Positions 57,154 to 64,000 of a stretch of DNA of 64,000 bases are shown here, piece after piece; the stretch's first letter is position 1; each line of letters opens with the position of its first letter. The notes beneath the pieces were generated by a model. It saw nothing but the letters and a program-made list of their open reading frames with translations, had not been told where the DNA came from and made no database searches. The DNA comes from Thermoproteota archaeon (GTDB lineage: Archaea > Korarchaeota > Korarchaeia > Korarchaeales > Korarchaeaceae): assembly GCA_026986575.1 (NCBI GenBank), contig JALSOH010000006.1, forward strand, positions 32,001-96,000. Direction: 5' to 3'. Both the position numbers and the translations under genes were made by a program.

Positions 57154-57803
57154 TCTCCTTTCTCTGGAAGGGATGCTCGGCGATTCTGCTCAGGGTGCAG
57201 GATCTCAACCTGCTGATGGATCCAGGCAATCACTTCACCATAGATGAGCTACACAGCATCACTGAGCGGGTAGATGCCGTATTCTATACCCACGAGCACA
57301 CCGGGCACTTCGATCCGGATTTCCTCAGCTCCTTGATAAAAGGATTTTCCCCGTACATGATCGTGAATAAGGGGGTCTTCAGGACCATAAGGAGGTGGGT
57401 GGACTGGGATCGTCTGATCAAGCTGAAGGAAGGAGAGAGTACCGAGGTTCTAGGGATGAGGGTTCACGCGCTCAGGGCCGTTCATCCCGGTGTTCATCCC
57501 GTGGTGTTCCTGCTGGAGATCGGAGGTAAAGCAATATTTCACGGCGATAGCTCGGGATTCTCCCACATGTTCGAGGCCTTCTCCCCTGTTGATCTAGCCT
57601 TCATACCCTCGGGGAGTCCCTCGCCCAATGCCAATCCGAAGGAGGCGGTGAGGATGATCAGGGCTCTAGTGCCCAGAGTAGTAGTACCCTTCCACGGGGA
57701 CTCCTCGGAACTCCAAGAGGTGGAGAGGAGGGTGAGGTTGGCGAACCTCAACACTAAAGTGGTCTTGCCCGAGCCCGGCGAGCTGATCACTCTCGAGATT
57801 TGA
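57150..57803 (+). CDS. Metallo-beta-lactamase-fold hydrolase
   Basis: DP, THEHTGHFD, HP, HGDS, PFH. Confidence 0.85.
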   Translation: MISFLWKGCSAILLRVQDLNLLMDPGNHFTIDELHSITERVDAVFYTHEHTGHFDPDFLSSLIKGFSPYMIVNKGVFRTIRRWVDWDRLIKLKEGESTEVLGMRVHALRAVHPGVHPVVFLLEIGGKAIFHGDSSGFSHMFEAFSPVDLAFIPSGSPSPNANPKEAVRMIRALVPRVVVPFHGDSSELQEVERRVRLANLNTKVVLPEPGELITLEI

Positions 57804-58758
57804 AGTGTTCCCATCCCCCTTCCTCAACTTCCTCTATCTTACCATCCAGTTTCACGAAGACCCCTCTACCCTCCACCACTTTACCGATCCTGATTAGGGA
57901 GAGGCCCTTCTCGGAGAATTCCTTCTCTAGATAGTAGACCCTATCTTGAGGAACGGAGAACACTATCTCATACTCCTCTCCTCCATGAAAAGCTACCTCC
58001 ACTGGATCGATCCTTCCCTTAGAAGCAAGCAACTCCGCCATTGGGTGGAGAGGGATCCTCTCAACTAGGAATCCAAACCCACTCGCTCTAGAGAGTTCCT
58101 CGAGCGACCAATAGAGCCCGTCACTGCTATCAACCGATGATGAGGCATAAGCTGATGCAGTGATGCCTTCTTGGATTCGAGCTATCGGTTCGTAAGCCGC
58201 CTTCAAGGCTTCGACCCTCACATCGCTTGGAAGATCCATGTCCCCGAGGAGGTGCTGGAAGGCCAGCCATGTGAGCCCGAACCAACCCGTGGTGAACAGC
58301 ACATCCCCCGGCTTTGCTCCAGATCTCTTTACCAAGTTCCTCTCGATTTTACCCACTGCGAAGCCTGCAATCACGAGCTCTCTCGATTCTCCAAGATCCC
58401 CACCGACGAAATAAGCGCCGAATTCCCTCGATCCCTCCTCCAATCCCTCCACTAGGGAGATAAACTCTTCGTCACTCATACTCCTGCTTAGCCCAGCAGA
58501 GGCCATGAAGAAGAGAGGTTTAGCTCCCTTAGCAGCCAGATCGGAGAAGTTGGAGACCACGCACTTCCTAGCCAGCTGCCTGAGGCTCATCCCCGGTAAT
58601 AGATCGGTCGTCTCCGCCACCATGTCGGTGTTAAACACATAGATCCCGTCGGCCAGCCTCCTAGCTGAAGCATCATCTCTGCCGGGTTCTAGAAGCTCCT
58701 CAGGATCTCTGCTGACGATCTCTCTAATCAGATCGATGAGTTCCCTCTCCGGTCTCAC
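57787..58758 (-). CDS. thiL: Thiamine-monophosphate kinase
   Basis: ERELI, DDA, N.SDLAAKGA.P, VGGD, DSSDGL, GGEEYE, GWEHF; probable GTG start at 58758. Confidence 0.92.
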   Translation of the reverse strand: MRPERELIDLIREIVSRDPEELLEPGRDDASARRLADGIYVFNTDMVAETTDLLPGMSLRQLARKCVVSNFSDLAAKGAKPLFFMASAGLSRSMSDEEFISLVEGLEEGSREFGAYFVGGDLGESRELVIAGFAVGKIERNLVKRSGAKPGDVLFTTGWFGLTWLAFQHLLGDMDLPSDVRVEALKAAYEPIARIQEGITASAYASSSVDSSDGLYWSLEELSRASGFGFLVERIPLHPMAELLASKGRIDPVEVAFHGGEEYEIVFSVPQDRVYYLEKEFSEKGLSLIRIGKVVEGRGVFVKLDGKIEEVEEGGWEHFKSRE

Positions 58759-58818
58759 GATACGAAGGCCCCAGCTAAATGTTAAATCTCTTTCCCAATG
58801 AGGAGGCTCGGTGATCGC

Positions 58819-60141
58819 ATGGTTAGGAAGGTCGTCATAATGGGGGCCGCAGGCCGCGATTTCCACAACTTCAACGTCTTCTTCCGGGACAATGAGGATT
58901 ACCGGGTGGTCGCCTTCACGGCGGCCCAACTACCCGATATAGCAGGTAGGATATACCCGCCCGAGCTAGCGGGTAGGCTTTACCCGGAAGGTATACCCAT
59001 AGTGCCGGAGGAGGACCTGCCCAAGCTGATAAGGGAGCAGGGAGTTGATCTAGTCGTCTTCTCCTACAGCGATGTCTCTCACCAGTACCTGATGGAAAGG
59101 GCCGCGGTAGCCCAAGCCAATGGCGCCGATTTCATGCTGTTAGGCCTCAAGAGCACCATGCTTGAGTCGGAGAAGCCCGTCATCGCTGTTACAGCCGTCA
59201 GAACGGGAGCCGGGAAGAGCCCAACCAGCCGGAGGATATCCAAGATACTGAAACAGAGGGGACTCAGGGTAGCGGTAGTCAGACATCCCATGCCCTACGG
59301 GGACCTGAGGAAGCAGGTGGTCCAGAAGTTCACCTCCTTGGAGGACCTAGACAGGTATAACGCCACTATCGAGGAGAGAGAGGACTACGAACCTCATCTG
59401 AAGCTGGGCAACGTGGTTCTGGCTGGAGTGGACTACGAAAAAGTGCTGAAAGAGGCGGAGAAGGAGGGAGATGTAATCCTGTGGGACGGTGGAAACAATG
59501 ACTTCCCGTTCTTCAAGCCGGACTTGATGATCACGGTAGCAGATCCCCTCAGAGCGGGACATGAGCTCACGTACTGGCCTGGCAGCGTGAACATCAGAAT
59601 GGCGGATGTGATTATAGTAAACAAGGTAGATACGGCAAGCTACACTCAAGTGAACGAAGTTCTCGAGAACATAGAGAGGGTCAACCCCAAGGCTAGGGTG
59701 ATCACCGCCGCCATGCCCTACATGGTCGAGGAGCCCGAGCTGGTGGAGGGCCGGAGGGTAGTGGTGGTGGAGGATGGCCCAACGGTCACACACGGCGAGA
59801 TGGGCTACGGTGCCGGATACCTAATGGCTAAGAGGCTTCATGCCGAGATAATCGATCCCAGACCATACGCAGTCGGATCCATAAAGGAGGCATACGAGAA
59901 GTACCCTCATCTGGGGCCTGTGCTACCGGCAATGGGATACAGTGAGAGGCAGATGCGTGAGCTGGAGAAGACGATAAACGCAATACCTGCAGAAGCGGTC
60001 GTCCTAGGAACGCCAACTGACTTGAGCAGGTATCTGAAGATAGACAAGCCAACGGCCCACGTGAAGTACGAGCTACAGGAGATAGGGCCGCTAACCTTGG
60101 AGAAAATAATCGACGACTTCCTGAAGAGGGTGGGACTTTGA
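58819..60141 (+). CDS. COG2403 P-loop ATPase (cDPG-synthetase-like; probably arginine synthetase ArcE type)
   Basis: GAAGRDFHNFN, VRTGAGKS, RHPMPYG, TIEEREDYE, WDGGNND, EDGPT.THG. Confidence 0.85.
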   Translation: MVRKVVIMGAAGRDFHNFNVFFRDNEDYRVVAFTAAQLPDIAGRIYPPELAGRLYPEGIPIVPEEDLPKLIREQGVDLVVFSYSDVSHQYLMERAAVAQANGADFMLLGLKSTMLESEKPVIAVTAVRTGAGKSPTSRRISKILKQRGLRVAVVRHPMPYGDLRKQVVQKFTSLEDLDRYNATIEEREDYEPHLKLGNVVLAGVDYEKVLKEAEKEGDVILWDGGNNDFPFFKPDLMITVADPLRAGHELTYWPGSVNIRMADVIIVNKVDTASYTQVNEVLENIERVNPKARVITAAMPYMVEEPELVEGRRVVVVEDGPTVTHGEMGYGAGYLMAKRLHAEIIDPRPYAVGSIKEAYEKYPHLGPVLPAMGYSERQMRELEKTINAIPAEAVVLGTPTDLSRYLKIDKPTAHVKYELQEIGPLTLEKIIDDFLKRVGL

Positions 60142-60890
60142 ACGGAAGGGAGAGGAGGATCTGGTTCCTCACTTGGAAGGAGTTTAAAGAAGCCTTGGAG
60201 GATACGGATCTAGTTATACTACCCATGGGCGTCAGCGAAGCCCATGGAAACCACCTACCTCTGGGCACTGACTTCATTATACCGGAGTGGATCGCGGAGC
60301 GGCTAGCCGAGGAGCTGAACGCACTGATAGCCCCTCCTATAAGATACGGTGTAGTTACTGGCCTCTCTGGGTACTGGGGCTCTATGAGCGTGAGCGAGAG
60401 TACCTTGGAGGCGCTCACTTACGAAGTACTGACTGAACTCTCTAACAACGGATTCGAGAGGGTGATAATCCTCAATGGTCACGGCGGTTCAGGTCAAGTT
60501 AGGGCGATCACCAATGCTATGAAGAGGGCATGGAGAGAATTGGGCCTCAAGAGTCTGATGGTAATGTGGTGGGAGCTCTCCTCAGACATCACGGAGGAAC
60601 TGCTCGGTGGTAGTGGCGGACACGCGGGTGTCGATGAGACCGCAATGGTGATGGCCGTTGATCCTAACCTAGTGAAGGGGGAGATGGAGAAGGAGGAGAT
60701 ATACAGGTTGAGGAAGGGCATATCCCCCACGCCATTGCCCGGATCCATACTATCATATGACGACGGGTTCGCCGATGCTATCCCGTCTCCCGACAAAGCT
60801 GAAGAGTTCGCTAAGAAGCTACTTGAGAGGATAAAGGAGGAAATAGAGAAGATCTTGGATGGATGGGACAGACAGGACATTCTGGTATGA
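60138..60890 (+). CDS. Creatininase-family amidohydrolase
   Basis: P.G..EAHG.HLPLGTD, NGHGG, HAG..ET. Confidence 0.92.
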   Translation: MNGRERRIWFLTWKEFKEALEDTDLVILPMGVSEAHGNHLPLGTDFIIPEWIAERLAEELNALIAPPIRYGVVTGLSGYWGSMSVSESTLEALTYEVLTELSNNGFERVIILNGHGGSGQVRAITNAMKRAWRELGLKSLMVMWWELSSDITEELLGGSGGHAGVDETAMVMAVDPNLVKGEMEKEEIYRLRKGISPTPLPGSILSYDDGFADAIPSPDKAEEFAKKLLERIKEEIEKILDGWDRQDILV

Positions 60891-60898
60891 ACACAGCT

Positions 60899-61615
60899 CT
60901 AGATCAAACTATTCCTCCAATTTTTGGCCCTGAGAACTATTCTCCTGATAATAGCAGTTTCGAACATTCTCCTCTCATCGGGGTATAGCATCAGGTAGGG
61001 TGTATCTTCCCTCAGCCCAGGGATCACTCTATGGAGGGGCCTGCTGTCAGAAGTGTGTACAGCCACGCCAACAAGCTTCCTATGGGCTAATATGCTGGCT
61101 GGAGTATGCTCGTGAAGGTACACGACGCCCAACCTTGGATCTGCTAGTCTATCCGCTATTTCCTTGGAATTACTACCAATCAGCTCGAACGCCGCGTACT
61201 GACCCCTACCCAACCTAGTCACTAAGGCTTGGAGCTTCCTTGCGGCGACCAATGGATTTCCCTCGTAAGGTCTCTGGGACGGTCTGATGACTAGGAAATC
61301 CGCATTTATGGAGTAAGCTAGCCTCATAGCCTCCTCAACACTCTTCATGGAGGCCTCCGCTATATGAGGGTTTGTGCTGAACACATTCACATCGCTCACA
61401 GGGGATCTTACTGCTACTATCGTGTCCAGTTCCCTCACAACCGTCCTCAGGTGGGATATGACTGATCTATGAAGCAATGACGGTAGGTAGTGCGGGGGCT
61501 CTGTGGAGACCACGATACCCTCGCATCCAGACCTGACCAGTAGCCTGACCACCTCAGGGAGCTCGGCCCCCCACATGAAGTCAGTCGAACACAGAAGCCT
61601 CAAACCCTTCGTCAA
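60899..61615 (-). CDS. Degenerate AP-endonuclease-2/xylose-isomerase-like TIM barrel
   Basis: P..DVN..S.NP..AE.S......A...A pattern; metal-ligand His/Glu mostly absent. Confidence 0.55.
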   Translation of the reverse strand: MTKGLRLLCSTDFMWGAELPEVVRLLVRSGCEGIVVSTEPPHYLPSLLHRSVISHLRTVVRELDTIVAVRSPVSDVNVFSTNPHIAEASMKSVEEAMRLAYSINADFLVIRPSQRPYEGNPLVAARKLQALVTRLGRGQYAAFELIGSNSKEIADRLADPRLGVVYLHEHTPASILAHRKLVGVAVHTSDSRPLHRVIPGLREDTPYLMLYPDERRMFETAIIRRIVLRAKNWRNSLI

Positions 61616-62149
61616 GATTACCCCCTACGCTTCTGGGTAGAATTTCGATCCCTTTGGGTATATAATTTTGATCTCAAATATGCAAGATTTACCCGTCTCT
61701 GTCCCCAACGGTTCGAGATATCTTTTTCAAAACGATGATTTACTGAAAATTATTCTGAGACAGTTATTCATAGATCTTACAACCAATCTGTCATGATATA
61801 GGGGCTTTCATCGGGAGGGAAAGGTTATTATACAGCTATAGAAGATGGAAGGTTACAGCATAGACTTGTTCTAAGATACCCCAAGTATTCTATCTCCTTA
61901 CAGGTTACCAAATCCGGTTATGCTATCATCAATAATATATAATATTAAATTCAAATAAGCTAGTAAATTAAACTAAAAACAAATTATTTAATGTAAAAAG
62001 AATAATTATGCAGTATTATGTTTATATTCTTTCGGAGCGTTAGGAACCCTTCTATCATTTACTGGATTGTCGAGGGATACCATACCACTAATAAGGCTAT
62101 CGAGACATAGGCAATCACCTTGATCGATCGATTCTTCGCCGAGAAAATA

Positions 62150-62166
62150 GAAAAGCTTATATTTAA
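62150..62166 (+). promoter_or_regulatory. BRE/TATA promoter of histone gene
   Basis: GAAAAGC-TTATATTTAA; GAGGTGA SD at 62207-62213. Confidence 0.65.
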
Positions 62167-62219
62167 TCTTCCGTTGTTTGAATACGGCCCTATAAGGGTT
62201 TGTCAAGAGGTGAGACTAT

Positions 62220-62450
62220 ATGCCTCAGAAGCCTGCCAAGCATCTACCCCTTGCCCCTGTATACCGGATCATAAAGGAGGCCGGCGCTGAGAGAGTCAGC
62301 GACGACGCTAAGGCCAGGCTAGCCTACTATCTCGAGAAGTTCGCTTACGAGGTAGGCAAGTACGCCGTTGACCTGGCCAGACACGCCAAGAGGAAGACCG
62401 TCACCGACAGGGACATCGAGCTGGCCGTAGAGGCCATCTGGAAGAAGTAA
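62220..62450 (+). CDS. Archaeal histone
   Basis: LPLAPVYRIIKEAGAERVSDDA...ARHAKRKTV...DIELA. Confidence 0.97.
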   Translation: MPQKPAKHLPLAPVYRIIKEAGAERVSDDAKARLAYYLEKFAYEVGKYAVDLARHAKRKTVTDRDIELAVEAIWKK

Positions 62451-62550
62451 GCCGGCCTCCCTAACCCTCTTTTCTTTTGACTCGATTCTACAGCCTCATC
62501 GGAGCTGGGACTACTCCTATCATGATGGTTTAACTAGTTCAACTGTTAAA

Positions 62551-62625
62551 CGGGCCCGGGGGGACTTGAACCCCCGACCTGCGGCTCCGAAGGCCGCCGC
62601 TCTATCCTTGCTGAGCTACGGGCCC
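62551..62625 (-). tRNA. tRNA-Arg(TCG)
   Basis: GGGCCCGTAGCTCAG...GCGGC-CT-TCG-GA-GCCGC...GGTTCAAGTCC. Confidence 0.95.
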
Positions 62626-62669
62626 CCAGAGGATGGGATCCTTCGGGCTTAATAGTGTATGCCTTCTAG

Positions 62670-63857
62670 TCACTTCTCCTCCCCATCCTTAATCACCTGC
62701 CTACTGAAGAAGTAGGCCCCCACTAGCAGCATCACCACCGATATCAAGAGCAAGGTCCAATCACCCTCGGCCAGCCTGGCTCCGACTAGACCGAAGAATG
62801 TAGCCCTCGGGACGATTGCCAGTACATTTGCCAATACGAAGACGAGGAAATTCATTCCGACAGCTCCGGCCACGTAAGAGGTGACATCTAAGGGAAGGAA
62901 TGGGATAAGCCTAGTTATGAAGACTAGCCAGCCGCCCCACCTGTCGAACCATAAGTAGACCTTCCTCAGCAGGTCCTCCCTTATGTAGTATTCTAGGATC
63001 CTCTTCCCCAAAGCCCTAGCGATGAAGTAGTTGATGATCGAGCCGACAGCAATACCCATACCACCATATATCCCCACCTCAACTGGACTCATGCCCAAAG
63101 CTCCTGCGGCGACTAGGACAGCATCCGCAGGTATGGGCGAGATCACGGCTTGGAGGATCATCGCAGCGAAGAGACCTATAGCCCCATATCTCCTGACGAA
63201 AGAAGAGATCTCCTCTGCTATGGCTTGGTAATGTCTCAAATGCTCTCCTATGAACCTGATTTGGTACACATTACCGAGAAGGGCTGAGGAAATGAGGAAG
63301 CCAAAGCTACTAGGCCTCATATTCAGTTTACTCAGGAGAATAACGAACACAAATCCCTCCAGCAAGTAGAGTCCCCAAAATGGAGAGGGAGTTTCAGTAA
63401 TCAGTTGAGCCAGTACGGGGGGTAGGGAGGCTATCGAGGAGATCGTTATGGCTCCTCTAATGGAGACACCAGATGATGTCAGCAAGGCTAGGGAGAGGCC
63501 ACTTCCCCCGAACCCTATCGAGCTCACGCCTTGAGCGAATCCAGATACGAAACCATCCATAGCATCAGGATTCCTACCTTCTTCTACCGCGAGAAGTCCC
63601 CACCTGAGGAAAGCTACAGCTAAAAGTCCGATGAATGAGAGACCAGCTACTATTAACCCACCTATAACAGGATCGACGTAGTTGAGCCATCCTCTCAGTA
63701 AGAAGGTTAGCAGCGAGGAGGTCACCAAGGCAGATACCGCCGCCTTGGGCTCCAACCCCTCCCTAGCTATATATATTCCTGGTACTCCAGCAAGGTGTCC
63801 CGAGGGAAGGGGCCATACGGGTATCCACTCTAGGAGCCCGGCGGCGTACTCCAGCAT
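62670..63857 (-). CDS. Membrane protein: UppP/BacA-like N-terminal half fused to DedA/VTT domain
   Basis: GLLEWIPV...SGHL and GFAQG in N-half; PIPAD...AG, Y.IAR..G, RLIPFLP.DV.SY.AG in C-half. Confidence 0.8.
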   Translation of the reverse strand: MLEYAAGLLEWIPVWPLPSGHLAGVPGIYIAREGLEPKAAVSALVTSSLLTFLLRGWLNYVDPVIGGLIVAGLSFIGLLAVAFLRWGLLAVEEGRNPDAMDGFVSGFAQGVSSIGFGGSGLSLALLTSSGVSIRGAITISSIASLPPVLAQLITETPSPFWGLYLLEGFVFVILLSKLNMRPSSFGFLISSALLGNVYQIRFIGEHLRHYQAIAEEISSFVRRYGAIGLFAAMILQAVISPIPADAVLVAAGALGMSPVEVGIYGGMGIAVGSIINYFIARALGKRILEYYIREDLLRKVYLWFDRWGGWLVFITRLIPFLPLDVTSYVAGAVGMNFLVFVLANVLAIVPRATFFGLVGARLAEGDWTLLLISVVMLLVGAYFFSRQVIKDGEEK

Positions 63858-63903
63858 ATGTAGGATGATTAAGTTTCAAATATTAATAGTGGTTGGTGGA
63901 TCG

Positions 63904-64000
63904 ATGGCCGACTTCACCTACGGGGGAATGAATAACCCCCATAGAGACCTGATGGAGGAGATAGAATCCATCTTGGAGCTCGGTTTGGATTACGTGGAAA
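63904..64000 (+). CDS. N-terminus of probable sugar-phosphate isomerase/epimerase TIM barrel, runs off right edge
   Basis: MADFTYGGMNNPHRDLMEEIESILELGLDYVE; GGTGG SD upstream. Confidence 0.6.
   Translation, partial: MADFTYGGMNNPHRDLMEEIESILELGLDYVE

Noticed and set aside
58759-58929. N-terminal extension of thiL in the ORF track
   Set aside because: Overlaps the divergent gene; ThiL homology begins at ERELI near 58758
1-64000. Integrated element at tRNAs, IS, CRISPR or rRNA
   Set aside because: No integrase or transposase, no duplicated tRNA 3' ends noticed, no repeat-spacer array or rRNA motifs

Overview
Ordinary core-chromosome segment of a hyperthermophilic archaeon, moderately GC-rich and gene-dense. 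An archaeal histone, S25e, TFE, NAC, archaeal-type MetK, tungsten AOR and frequent TTG/GTG starts fit a Korarchaeota-like lineage; the taxonomy is an inference. The window holds about 65 CDS, six tRNAs (tRNA-Ser(GCT) has a 15-nt BHB intron) and the SRP RNA. Recognisable blocks are Mo/W-cofactor genes with ferredoxin, Tat and AOR; the two-subunit lipoate synthase LipS2/LipS1; hom-lysC; and nurA-herA-mre11-rad50 extended by hsp20 and a large SF2 helicase. I found no CRISPR array, rRNA, integrase or transposase. Best candidates for undescribed biology: (i) a translationally coupled membrane-anchored FHA protein plus Hanks Ser/Thr kinase-FHA module (26416-28655); (ii) a promoter- and terminator-flanked ~90-nt hairpin RNA just upstream of SAM synthetase (35221-35332); (iii) PspA/ESCRT-III-family gene paired with a membrane-tethered winged-helix protein (48260-49384); (iv) a degenerate UppP-like/DedA fusion (62670-63857). 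All product calls come from motif recognition by eye; no database searches were run.
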